From Mobula hypostoma (taxonomy: Eukaryota), in contig NC_086097.1 of the NCBI RefSeq assembly GCF_963921235.1, positions 212,600,001 to 212,664,000 of the forward strand: a DNA stretch of 64,000 nucleotides, in the 5' to 3' direction. Under the pieces are notes generated by a model. The model was not told the origin of the DNA. It ran no database searches and worked only from the letters and a program-made list of their open reading frames with translations. Made by a program: the position numbers and the translations under genes. This document shows, piece after piece, positions 12,147-23,923 of the stretch (the stretch's first letter is position 1; the number at the start of each line of letters is the position of its first letter).

Positions 12147-14340
12147 GCAGCTTCTCCTCTTGTAGGCTTTTCTACATATTGTGTCAAGAAACCTTCTTGA
12201 ACACACCTAACAAACTCTACCCCATCTAAACCACTCGCTCTAGAGACATGCCAATCAATATTTGGGAAATTAAAATCTCCCACCACAACAACCCTGTTAT
12301 AATTATACCTTTCCAGAATCTGTCCCCCTATCTGCTCCTCGATGTCTTGTTGCTATTGGGTGGTCTATAAACAACATCCAGTAGAGTTATTGACCCCTTC
12401 CTGTTCCAAACTTCTGCCCACAGAGACTCCGTAGACAATCCCTCCATGCCTTCCTCCTTTTCTGCAGCCATGACACTATCTCTGATCAACAGTGCCACAC
12501 CCCCACCTCTTTTGCCTCCCTCCCTGTCCTTTCTGAAACATCTGAAGCCTGGCACTTAAAGTAACCATTCCTGCCACTAAGCCATCCAAGTCTCTGTAGT
12601 GGCCACAACATCATAGCTCAATGTACTGTTTCACACTCTAAGTTCATCCGCTTTGTTTATAATACTTCTTGCATCGGTCTGAGTGCGTCCCTTCTCAATC
12701 ATCTGTCTATCCTCCTTCCCGCACTGTCTCCAAGCTTTCTCTATTTGTGAGCCGACTGCCTCCTCCTCCGTCTCTTCAGTTTGGTTCCCATCCCCCAGCA
12801 ATTCTAGTTTAAACTCTCCCCAATAGCCTTAGCAGACCTCCCCGCCAGGATATTGGACCCCTGGGATTCAAATGTAACACGTCCTTTTTGTACAGGTCAC
12901 TCCTGCCCCAAAAGAGGCCTCAATGATCCAGAAATCTGAATCCCTGCCCCCTGCTCCAATCTCTCAGCCACGCATTTATCTTCCACTTCACTCTATTCCT
13001 ATACTCACTGTCACGTGGCACAGGCAGTAATCTCTAGATAACTACCTTTGTGGTCCTGCTTCTCAACTTCCTTCCCAACTCTCTGTGGTCTGCTTTCAGG
13101 ACCTCATCCCTTTTCCTGCCTATGTCATTGGTACCAATATGTAGCATGACCTCTGGCTGTTTTCTTTCCTACTTCAAGCTATCTTGGATGTGATCAGAAA
13201 CATCCTGGACCCTGGCACCTGGAAGGCAAACTACCATCCATGCCTCTTTCCTGCATCCACAAAATCGCCTGTCTGACCCCTTAACTATAGAGTCCTCTAT
13301 CACTGCTGCCATCCTGTTCCTTTCCCTACCCTTCTGAGCCACAGGGCTGGACTCTGTACCAGAGTTGCAGCCATTGTTGTTTCCCCCAGGTAGGCTGTCT
13401 CCCTCAACAGTACTCAAGCAGGAGTACTTATTGTCAAGAGGAACAGCCACAGGTGTACTCTCTAGTACCTGACTCTTGCCCTTCCCTCTCCTGACTGTTA
13501 CCCACTTATCTGTCTCCCCAGGACCCGGTGTGACTACCTGTCTACAGCTCCTCTATATCACCTCCTCACTCTCTCTGACCAGTTCCCTAACATGGTCCCT
13601 AAGGAGCTGCAGCTCGATGCACCTGGCACAGAAGTGGTCGTCTGGGAGGCTCAGAGTCTCCTGGACCTCCCACATCTGACACCAGGCACCTGCCTCACAC
13701 ACATACTTCCTGTCTGTATTCTACTCAGGCAACCTACCTCACCTTGACTCGTTAACGCTGAAGCCCCATTGAGCCAAAGCCTTCCTACTCTGTCTCCCTC
13801 TACCCATTGCCTGCTCCTCCGATGCCCGCTCTATAAGGTGTCTCCTTTTAAACTCTTCTCGCTGTTCTCACTGGCTGACGTCCATGCACTTGTGCAGTCA
13901 CACCCTGATCAACCCGCTGAAGAAATAACCGTCTCCCTTTAAACTCTTCTTGCTGTTCTCACTAGCTGACGTCCACATGCTTGCTCAGTCGTGCCCCGAT
14001 CAAACCACTGAAGAAATAACCTCTCTTTGCCCTCTCTGTCTCTTATGTTGGCTTCGACATTTCTTGTTAGCCACAGTTGTGTTAACTTGCCTTTAGAGTA
14101 CTTCTTCCTCTTTGGGATGTACGAGGGGCGATTGATAAGTTTGTGGCCTAAGGTAGAAGGAGTCAATTTTAGAAAATCTAGAACATTTATTTTTCAGCAT
14201 AGTCCCCTCCTACGTTTACACACTTAGTCCAGCGGTCGTGGAGCATACGGATCCCTTCGTTGAAGAAGTGGTCCTCAGCAGGGGTGATTGATATGTTCGT
14301 GGCCTAAGGTAGAAGGAGATGAGTTATACAGCTTTCATTA

Positions 14341-15279
14341 TGTAGACCCCTGGTAAGCCTCAGGCTCGCTCAACTCTCTTTCGTCTTGGGGGAGCAGCCT
14401 TCAGCCCCACCAAACTGGGTAATCAAGTTTGTGTGGATGCTGTGTGATTTACTACACTCTGCCAAATAACAGACAATACACCATATGCGATTAAATGATA
14501 ACACTTTATAGATCTTACTGGAACTATGTAATTAATAGAGATAAAATATAAAAGGAAAATAAAAGGCGCCAAACTTATCAAAGTTCAGCCACTTCGTGCA
14601 CAACCAGTTGGAGCTCAATTAAACGCAAACAACAGGAATTCTGCAGATGCTGGAAATTCAAGCAACACACATCAAAGTTGCTGGTGAACGCAGCAGGCCA
14701 AGCAGCATCTATAGGAAGAGGCGCAGTCGACGTTTCAGGCCGAGACCCTTCGGTCTCAGCCTGAAACGTCGACTGCGCCTCTTCCTATAGATGCTGCTTG
14801 GCCTGCTGCGTTCACCAGCAACTTTGATGTGTGGAGCTCAATTAACGGAGTTTTCTTTCCACCACTCGATCCCCTCCGACCTCGTTGACCCACCGCCTGG
14901 GACCAACCACGGAGGTCGACCAGATGCTCCACACGAGTCTGTCTTCGTCTCCTCTCCTCGCTGAAGACCCTGGGCCTCGGACTCTCGCTCAGGGTCGGTC
15001 CCGTCACCCAGGGTCACAGCATCGCGTCTCCTCTCTCTGTCCCCATCGCGCCTTCTCCCCCAAAGCCTGCGAAACAATAGCTTACAGCCACACAAGAAAG
15101 AATAACATCTATCCCAATTGGTTAGCAAATGAATGCAATTCTCTTTATAACCCAAACAAGCTGCTAGAGAGAGAACTTTCTCAGCAGTTATTATTACAGA
15201 AAAGCCATTTTAATTATAACATAACAAAGAAGCCATTTTGTTAGCCTTCGCAGTAACATAAAAGAAGAAACCCCTTACA
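14341..15279 (-). mobile_element. Solo LTR inserted in the mariner MITE
   Basis: TGTA...TACA termini, 4-bp flanks atta/gtta, and the MITE sequence resumes after it. TATA-like TATAAA on the minus strand at ~15144-15149 suggests the orientation. Confidence 0.65.
14623..14831. mobile_element. Inverted (hairpin) PLE terminal fragment inside the solo LTR
   Basis: Arms of ~80 bp (~14667-14747 and 14752-14832) are near-perfect reverse complements of the PLE terminus. 14-bp TSD tggagctcaattaa at 14609-14622 and 14832-14845. Confidence 0.9.
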
Positions 15280-15922
15280 GTTATATGCACGTGCAGTTCA
15301 ACTCTTTGAGTGATCATGCAGAAAGTTTGAAGTTAATAACTCATCTCCCTCTACCTTAGGCCACAAATTTGTCAATCACCCATGCTGTGGACCACTTCTG
15401 GAGGTCCAAGACACCGACTTCGACAAAGAAGGGATCCGTATGCTCCACGACCGCTGGACTAAGTGTGTAAATGTAGGAAAAATAAATGTGCTAGGTTTTC
15501 TAAAATTGACTCCTTCTACATTAGGCCACGAACTTATCAATCACCCCTCATATATATCCTGTGCCTTCTGAATTGTTTCCAGAAATTCCAGCCATTGCTG
15601 CTCTGCTGTCATCCCTGCCAGTGTTCTTCTCCATTCAATTCTGGCCTACTCCTCTCTCATGCCTCTGTAATTCTCTTTATTCCACTGTAATACTGATACA
15701 TCTGACTTTGGCTTCTCCTTCGCAAATTTCTGGGTGAATTCGATCATATTATGATTACACTTCCCTTAGGGTTCTTTTACCATAAACTCTCTAATCAATT
15801 CTAGTTCATTGCACCACATCCAGTCCAGAATACCTGATCCCCTAGTGGGCTCAACCACGAGTTGCTCTAAAAAGCCATCTCATAGACATTTTATTGGTAT
15901 TGAAATCCCCATGATAATTGTA

Positions 15923-16225
15923 ACTTTATACTTTATACTTTATTGTCGCCAAACAGTTGATACTAGAACGTACAATCATCACAGCGATATTTGATTCTGT
16001 GCTTCCCGCTCCCTGGATTACAAATCAATAGTAAATATTAAAAACTTAAATTGTAAATCATAAATAGAAAATAGAAAAATGGAAAGTAAGGTAGTGCAAA
16101 AAAAAACCGAGAGGCAGATCCGGATATTTGGAGGGTAAAGCCCAGATCCGGGTCAGGATCCGTTCAGCAAGTCTTATCACAGTTGGAAAGAAGCTGTTCC
16201 CAAATCTGCCGTATGGATCTTCAGA
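15923..16225 (-). mobile_element. Rex1/Babar-like LINE 3' fragment
   Basis: Minus strand encodes RFGNSFFPTVIRL (LINE ORF2 C-terminus) and ends in a short tandem tail (aataaagtataaagtataaag). Confidence 0.65.
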
Positions 16226-17364
16226 AACTTTGCCCTTTTGGCATGCATTTTTTATCTCCCATTGTAATTTGCAGTACACATTCTTACTACTGTTTGGGGG
16301 ACTGTATACAAGTCCCATCAGTGTCTTTTTACCCTTGTTGTTCCTTACCTCTCTATCTACAATGATTTAACACCTTCTGCCCCTATGTCAGCTCTTTCTA
16401 AAAATGTTATTTCATTTTTTACTAATAGAGCAACGCTTCCCCTCTGCCTACCTGCCTGTCCTTTTGATACAATGTGTATCCTTGGACATTAAGCTCCCAG
16501 CTATAATCTTCTTTCAGTCATGATTCAGTGATGCCTACAACATCATACCTGCCAATCTGTAACTGTGCTACAAGTTCATTTACCTTATTCCGTATACTGT
16601 TCGCATTCAAATATAACACCTTCAGTCCTGTATTCACCCTTTTCGATGTTGTCTGCCTTTTACGTTACAACTCATCTTGTTGACTGCAATTTTGCCCTAT
16701 CAAAAGCCTCTCCTCACTACACTTTACCTCTGTTTATAAACCAGCTACCTCATCTTCAAGCCTATCAACTGCCTTTCCTATGACACTTCTTGTATTGAAG
16801 TATATCCAGCTCAGGACACTAGTTGCACCTTGTTAACCTTTTGATTCCTAACTTTGTCTGAGGTCTTACCAACATTTGCCTCCACAATCTCTCCATCAAC
16901 TGTTCTGGCTCTCTGGTTCTCATCCCCTGTTACTTTAAATTAAACTCCACCATGCAACATTAACAAAATTTTCCTCTAGGATATCAGTCCCCCTCCAGTT
17001 CAGGTTCAAGCTGTCCCTCCTGCACAGGTCTGACCTTCCCTGCATAAGAGCCCAATGATCCAAAATTTTTATGTCCTCCTTCTTACACCAACTTCTTAGC
17101 CACTTATTAAACTGTATAATCTCCCTAGTTCTGGCCTCATTAATATGTGGCACTGGTAGCATTCCTGACATCACAACCCTGGAGGTCCTGCCCTTTAACT
17201 TAGCACCTAACTCCCTGAACCCTCTATGCAGAACCTTGTCAGTTGTCCTGTCCGTGTCATTGGTAACTCCATGGACCACGACCACTGGCTGTTCACCCTC
17301 CCATTAAGAATACTGAGGACTCTATCTGAGATGCCCTAGGCCCTGGTACCCAGGAGGCAGGGGA

Positions 17365-17466
17365 GTGGGGATGATTGGAAGAATTGGATCAGCTCATGAT
17401 TGAATGGCGGAGCAGACTCGATGGGCTGAATGGCCTACTTCTGCTCCTATATCTTATGGTCTTATA
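17365..17466 (+). mobile_element. CR1 3' tail fragment
   Basis: gatcagctcatgattgaatggcggagcagactcgatgggctgaatggcctacttctgctcctatatcttatggtcttat. Confidence 0.8.
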
Positions 17467-17479
17467 GAAACACAAACTA

Positions 17480-19390
17480 GTCCTCATAGAGAGATTACAA
17501 GTGGAGAGAGTGAGCAATTTCAAGTTCCTGGGTGTCAAGATCTCTGATGATCTAACCTGGTCCCAACATATTGATGCAGCTATAAAGAAGGCAAGACAGT
17601 ATCTATATTTTATTAGGAATTTGAAGAGATTTGGTTTATCACACTCAAAAACTTCTATGGATGTGCCATTGTGAGCATTCTGACAGGCTGCATCACTGTC
17701 TGGTACGGGGGGTGTGGTGTGGTGTGGTGGTGGGGGTGTGGGGTGGTGTAGTGGGGTGTGGGGTGGTGTGGTGGGGTGTGGGGTGGTGTGGTTGGGGGGT
17801 GTGGGGTGGTGGGGGTGTCGGGTAGTGTGGTACGGGAGTGTGGGGTGGTGTGGTGGGGGTGTGTGGGGTGGTGTGGTACGGGAGGGTGGTGTGGTGGTCG
17901 GGGTGTGGGGTGGTGTGGTGGGGGGTGTATGGTGGTGTGGTACGGGGTGTGGTGTGGTGGTGGGGTGTGGAGTAGTGTGGTACGGGGGGGTGGGGTGGGG
18001 TGATATGGGGGCTGTGGGGTGATGTGATACAGGGGGTGTGTAGGGTGGTGTGGTACGGGGGTGGGGTGGGGTGATATGGGGGCTGTGGGGTGATGTGATA
18101 CAGGGGGTGTGTAGGGTGGTGTGGTACGTGTGTGGGGTGGGGTGGTGTGATACGGGGGGTGGTGTGGTGTGGTGGTGGGGTGTGGGGTGATGTGGTGGGG
18201 GGGTGTGGAGCGGTGTGATACAGGGGTGTGGGGTAGTGTGGTAGGGGGTGTGGGGTGGTGTGATACAGGGGGCGTGGGGTGGTGTGATACAGGGGGGTGT
18301 GGGGTGGTGTGGTATGTGTGTGGGGTGGGGTGGTGTGGTACAGGGGGTGGGGTGGTGTGATATGGGGGGTGGTGTGGTGTGGTGGTGGGGGTGTGGGGTG
18401 GTGTGGTGGGGGGGCATGGGGTGGTGTGATACGGGGGTGTGGGGTAGTGTGGTAGGGGGGTATGGGGTGGTGTGATACAGGGGGGTGTGGGGTGGTGTGG
18501 TACAGGGGGTGGTGTAGTGTGGTGGTGGGGTGTGGGGTGATGTGGTGGGGGGGTGTGGGGTGGTGTGATACGGGGGTGTGGGGTAGTGTGGTAGGGGGGT
18601 GTGGGGTGGTGTGATACGGGGGTGTGGGGTGGTGTGGTATGGGATGTGTGGGGTGGTGTGATACAGGGGGGTGTGGGGTGGTGTGGTATGTGTGTGGGGT
18701 GGGGTGGTGTGGTACAGGGGGTGGGGTGGTGTGATACGGGGGGGGGGTGTGGTGTGGTGGGGGGGGTGTGGGATGGTGTGGTACGGGATGTGTGGGGTGG
18801 TGTGATGCAGGGGGTATGGGGTGGTGTGGTGGCGGGTGTGGGGTGGTGTGATACAGGGGGCGTGGGGTGGTGTGGTATGGGATGTGTGGGGTGGTGTGAT
18901 ACAGGGGGGTGTGGGGTGGTGTGGTATGTGTGTGGGGTGGGGTGGTGTGGTACAGGGGGTGGGGTGGTGTGATACGGGGGGGTGGTGTGGTGTGGTGGTG
19001 GGGGTGTGGGGTGGTGTGGTGGGGGTGTGGGGTGGTGTGATACGGGGGTATGGGGTGGTGTGGTGGGGGGTGTGGGGTGGTGTGATACAGAGGGCGTGGG
19101 GTGGTGTGGTACGGGGGTAGGGTGGTGTGATACGAATGTGTGGGGTGGTGTGATACAGAGGGGTGTGGTGTGGTGTGGTACAGGGGGTGGGGTGGTGTGG
19201 TGGTGGGGTGTTCTTACCCTCCGCCATCCGATTCCTAAATGGACATTGAACTCATGAATACTACCGCACTGTTTTTATAAATTATTTCTGTTTTGCACTT
19301 TTTAGGATGTTTCTATATTACCATTGTAATGCTGCTAAGTTAACAAATTTCACAATACATGCTGATGATAATAAACCTGATTCTGATTCT
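17480..19390 (+). mobile_element. Rex1/Babar LINE 3' fragment interrupted by a G-rich array
   Basis: 17480-17708 matches the copy at ~61880-62115 (FKFLGVKISDDLTWSQHI...SILTGCITVWYG). Resumes at ~19211 and ends in a gattctgattct tail. Confidence 0.85.
17702..19209. repeat. G/T-rich complex minisatellite (GGGGTGGTGTG units with TGATACAGGGG/GGTACGGGG variants)
   Basis: ~1.5 kb with dense G-runs and very few C on the plus strand. Confidence 0.95.
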
Positions 19391-19939
19391 CAGTCATACA
19401 TGCCCTTCTGTTCACTGGATTATTGCCAATTTAACGTAATTTTGGGCTGGTAATTTGTTCAGTTAAATTCATCATTGTAGGATGAGGTAAGAATAATTTG
19501 CCAAGCCAAACTTATTGTGACTCTTTTTCAATGTGTAGATTTTGATTGAACAGCAACATGCTTCTTTTTCTCAGTTAAACATTTATGTGTGAAGCCTCTC
19601 ACTATAGATACCCAAACACATAATCTAGGCTGACATTTCAGTACAATACCTTGGGACACAGATGATGCTTTTTGACTGATGAATTAAACTGTGGCTTCCT
19701 CTGCCTTATCATTTGGGAATAAAACACAATGTGGCATGTTTTGGAGATAAATTTAATTTTGAAGATAAGTTCTGGAGATATCTGGCATAAGAGATGTCTC
19801 TCAGTCAACATCACTAAAGTAGATTATGGGATCCTTCTGTGTTCACATTAATTTCTGAATCTCCTTCATTACAGCAATGATTATGCTGCACAAAATACTT
19901 TGTAAGTTGTGAAACCTGCAAAATGTCTTGAAGTTAGGA

Positions 19940-20025
19940 AGGGTCTTGGCCCGTAACGTCAACTGTACCTCTTCCTATGGATGCTGTCTGGCCTGCTGCA
20001 TTCCACCAGCATTTTGTGTTAGTTG
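19940..20025 (+). mobile_element. Very short PLE terminal fragment
   Basis: agggtcttggcccgtaacgtcaactgtacctcttcctatggatgctg... flanked by a 13-bp TSD cttgaagttagga/cttgaggttagga. Confidence 0.8.
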
Positions 20026-20667
20026 CTTGAGGTTAGGAGTGTTTCTTTTCCTTTGATTGCATAAGAGATAAAATCACTCCAACACTGCTAGTCCAAAGTG
20101 TGTTTACAATCTAAGAGTGTTATTGATCAGCATTTACTTCAGTTACATCCTGTTGAAATATATGAAGAATTAACTATTATATCTTGTAACTTCAAAACAT
20201 TAAACTAATTCAAACAAAAACCCGTGAGTCCAAAACGTGTGTGTAACTTTGTGTTTACTTTAAATGAGGCATGCACATATCATGTGGTAGCGTGAAGATG
20301 CATGTCGTTCACGTATTTATACATATAACCCATAATGAATTACTTAAAGAACAAGAATGCTTAATCAACCAAGATACATACAAGATTACTCAAATATAAC
20401 TGAAATATTAAATACACAACCCTCCTCCCTGCTTAGCTATAAATTCCACCTCAATGTAGAAGACATCTCAACTATATACACAGTATATAGTATAATATAA
20501 CTACTATACACAGACTTCCACAGAAGAGTAAATTTAAAATTGTCTCATTCAGTCCTAAAGATTTAAACACTGTGGAAGATTTCGTACTCTTGTGGGATAA
20601 GGTCTTTCCTCACAAGGGGGAATCATTCTGTTGACTCTGTGAGAGCAGGAAATGGACTGATAGTGTA

Positions 20668-20818
20668 ACCATCATTCTTCTTCCTTTTTCTTCTTCTAGT
20701 TTGTGCATTTTGATCTTGGGAAGGTACATTTAGTTCATTGGAGTAGTCTCTTATTAATTTGTCTATTGCACCCTTTATGATGTGATCTCTCCTCTTGGTT
20801 TCCTCACCCACACCATCA
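20668..20818 (-). pseudogene. RBM25: RBM25 retrocopy fragment, part 2
   Basis: GEETKRRDHIIKGAIDKLIRDYSNELNVPSQDQNAQTRRRKRKK matches recalled RBM25 DEETKRRDQMIKGAIEVLIREYSSELNAPSQESDSHPRKKKKEKK and directly continues part 1. Confidence 0.9.
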
Positions 20819-22427
20819 TAACACCATAAGATATAAAGGCAGATTTAGGCCATTTGGCCCACAAAGTCTGCTTTGCCATTTCATCATGGCTGATTCATTT
20901 TCCCTCTCAGCCTCAATCTCCTGCATTCTCCCCATATCCTTTCATGCCCTGACTAATAAAGAATCTAACAACCTCTGCTTTAAATTGGCGTCCACAGCCA
21001 CCTGTAGCAACATATTCCACAGATTCACCACTCTCTGGCAAAAGAAATTCCTTCTCATCTCCATTCTAAAATGACATCCCTCTATTTTGAAACTGTGTCC
21101 TCTGGTCTCAAACTCTCCCATCATAGGAAACATCCTTTCCACATCCACTCTATCAAGGCCTTTCACCATTCGATAGGTTTCAATGCGGTCTTCATATAAC
21201 AAGCTGTTCATTCCTGGAATCATTGTTGTGATCCTCCTTTGAACACTCTCCAGGGTCTGCACATCTTTTCTCAGATAAGGATCCCAAAACTGCTCACAAT
21301 ACACCAAGTGAGGCCTCACCAGTGCTTTATAAATCCTCAACATTACGTCCTTGCTTTTATATTCTAGTGCTCTTGAAATGAATGCCAACAGTACATTTGC
21401 CTTCCTTGCCACAGACTCAACCTGTAAATTAACCTTTAGTGAAACCTGTGCAAGAACTCCCAAGACTCCTTGCGCCTCAGAGTTTTGAATATTCTCTCCA
21501 TTTAGAAAATAGTCTACCTTATTATTTCTTCTACCGAAGTGCATGACCATACATTTCCTGACACGGTATTCCATCTGCCATTTCTTTGTGCAACCTCCTA
21601 ATCTATTTAAGTCCTGCTGTCACCCGTCTACTTCCTCAAAACTACCTGCCCCTCCACCTATTTTAATATCATCCGCAAATTTGACTACAAAGCCATCAAT
21701 TCCAACAACCAAATCATTAACATAAACATAAGAAGCAGTGGTTCCACCACAAATGCCTGTGGAGCACCACTAGTTACTAGCAGCCAACCAGAAAAGGCTC
21801 CATTTATTCACACACTTTGCCTCCTGCTCATCAGCTACTGCTTTATCCATGATAGAATCTTTCCAGTAATAAATACCATGGGCTCATAGTTTGTTAAGCA
21901 TCTTGTCAAAGGCTTTCGAAAAATCCAAGTACACAACATCAACCGATTCTCCTTTGTCTATCCTGCTTGTTATTTCTTCAAAGAATTCCAACAGATTTGT
22001 CAGGCATGATTTTCCCTTGAGGAAACCATGCTGACTATGGCTTGATTCATCATGTGCCTCATAGTACCGTGAGACTTCATCCTTAAAAATTGACTCCAAC
22101 ATCTTCCCAACCACTGACATCAGACTAACTGGCCTATAATTTACTTTTTTCTGACTCTGTCCCTTCTTGAAGAGTAGAATGATATTTGCAATTTTCCCAT
22201 CTTCTGGAACCATTCCAGAATCTAGAGATACTTGAAAGATCATTAATAATGCCTCTACAATTTCTTCAGTCACCTCTTTCAGAACCCTGGGGTATACACC
22301 ATCTGGTCCAGGTGACTTATCCACCTTCAGACCTTTCAGTTTCCCAAGAACCTTCTGCCTAGTAATGGTAACTTCACACGCTTCTGAGCCCTGACATTCT
22401 TGAACTTCCATCATACTGTTAGTATCT

Positions 22428-23923
22428 CCCCCTCCCACTTTCAAATCTCTTTCTATCTCTTCTTTCAGTTAGTCCTGACTAACGTTCCCACTAATTTTTA
22501 GTAGTCAGTGTGCGCAAAAATCTTACGTTGTGCAATTTTTTTTCTGTGACAAAAGTATGTGCGCACTGAATGCACACAGGGCACAGTTTATGTAGGTTTA
22601 CAAAATATTTGACATAAAACTGCACAGAATAACAACAAAATAACATACATATTTAAATCACTGAGTTATTTTTTCTCTCTCCTGTCTTTGGCATTTACCC
22701 ATTCTTTGTAAACTCTTTCTAGACTAATAGAACTTCAATCCAATTGATAGGTTTTGATTCTCATGAACATATCCAAATGACATTCACCTAAATGGTTTCT
22801 CAGCTTGTTTTTGAGTTGATTCATTAGGCTAAAACCTCGCTCACAGTCCGCACTAGACGCAAGAAAGGTTCCCCCAATGGCCATCAACTGTGCAAGGTCA
22901 CAAAACTGTTCATTTTGAAGTACAAATGCCACCATTTGAGCAAGATTTGAAATCAGTTTGGATTTAATTTTTTCTTGCACAGAAAATTTGAAATCATTAA
23001 ACTTTCTAACTATTACGGTATTTTCAGCTAGAAAATCATGGTATTTTAGACATAAGGTATTAACTTGTTCATCGCCAAATGTGAAGTCACAATCTGCAAT
23101 TGTGGAGAAATCAAAAGCTGACCATTCTTGTACCTCATCTTCAGGAAACCTTTCTTCTAAACGAACACAAAGACGATTTATAAAAGTCAACAGCAAACTT
23201 GTATCTACTGTGACATTTTCTTCACGTTGTTGGCTTAGCAAAACATTAACTTAGTCATTCCATGAAACATTGTCTCCCAGATACTGCTTTCTTATCTTGT
23301 TAATTTCGCCTCGCGCAAAATGAAGTGAATCAATCGGTGTCAGGCCACTCTTTTGCAGGATCTTGCACAGTGCAGCCAGTTCATCAAAGACATCACTTAA
23401 AACCTGTAAAGCTACTTTGTATGTGATGTTTATCAATTTATTTTGACAGTATTTAGCCACAGGGTCATTTGACTGATCTTTTTCAACAAAAACTTAGTAA
23501 GCTATCTACAGGATTTGAAACAGATCTTTGTAAACTTTACGATATGAACACTGTCCGCCAAAGATGGCTGCTGCTGTGATGCAGCTGTACAAACCGGAAC
23601 AGGAAAGGTGAGGTGACGTAAATTAGTGACGTGCATTGTGGTATTTGAAAAACCGTCTAACTAGTTAACTGAAACATTTAGCTAAAAGATTATTTTCAGT
23701 AAGTATAATTATTAATTACTACATTATTTTAGGTAACTAAACTTTTGTGCGCACATTAATTTCCTTTGTGTGCTGGTTGAAAAACGTGTGTGCGCACACA
23801 CACGCACACAATTTAGAGGGAACATAGGTCCTGACGAAGGGTTTCAGCCCAAACGTCGACTGTACCTCTTCCTACAGATGCTGCCTGGCCTGCTGCGTTC
23901 ACCAGCATTTTTTATGTGTGTTG
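22428..23923 (+). mobile_element. PLE terminal fragment inside CR1, itself split by a hAT element
   Basis: PLE terminus at 22428-22479 and 23828-23923. ~19-bp TSD catcatactgttagtatct / catcatactgctagtgtct. Confidence 0.85.
22480..23827 (-). mobile_element. hAT DNA transposon deletion derivative (ZNF862-like transposase C-terminus)
   Basis: Imperfect 15-bp TIRs taacgttcccactaa / ttagagggaacatag, perfect 8-bp TSD GTCCTGAC, dimerisation-domain motif ASSADCERGFSLMNQLKNKLRN in ORF 22735-23241. Confidence 0.92.

Larger units (their letters stand above)
10116..14025 (-). mobile_element. CR1 LINE 'B' nested in CR1 'A'; retains ORF1 and APE but most of RT is deleted
   Basis: Tail aaacatagaaacatag at ~10117, ORF2 C-terminus at 10213-10497, jump from RT C-terminus to PGNYRPVS at ~10685, APE motifs (VGDFNFPNIDW, SDHN), ORF1 esterase (VCLPGARVQDV) at 13169-13450. 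Confidence 0.85.
14122..15550. mobile_element. Non-autonomous mariner-type element (MITE) with long TIRs, interrupted by a solo LTR
   Basis: TA-cgaggggcgattgataagtttgtggcctaaggtagaagg...ccttctacattaggccacgaacttatcaatcacccctca-TA. TA TSD; CGAGGGG ends as in irritans-type mariners. Confidence 0.88.
8198..17360 (-). mobile_element. CR1 LINE 'A', near full length, decayed and split by nested insertions (segments ~8198-10115, 14026-14121, 15551-15922, 16226-17360)
   Basis: RT motifs (GVPQGSVLG, SCLTNLLEFFEE, LYKALVRPHLEYC) at 8430-9840, APE endonuclease remnants at ~15700-16620, ORF1 esterase-like VVVHGVTND at 16935-17285. Sequence is collinear across the insertions when compared with the sister copy at 23924-24786. 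Confidence 0.88.

Noticed and set aside
17389..19227. 612-aa His/Pro/Thr-rich ORF and overlapping Gly/Val/Trp ORFs
   Set aside because: Produced by the G/T-rich tandem array and antisense LINE sequence; no sign of a real gene.
22735..23460. Domesticated ZNF862-like host gene
   Set aside because: Broken frame bounded by TIRs and an 8-bp TSD; it is a transposon remnant.
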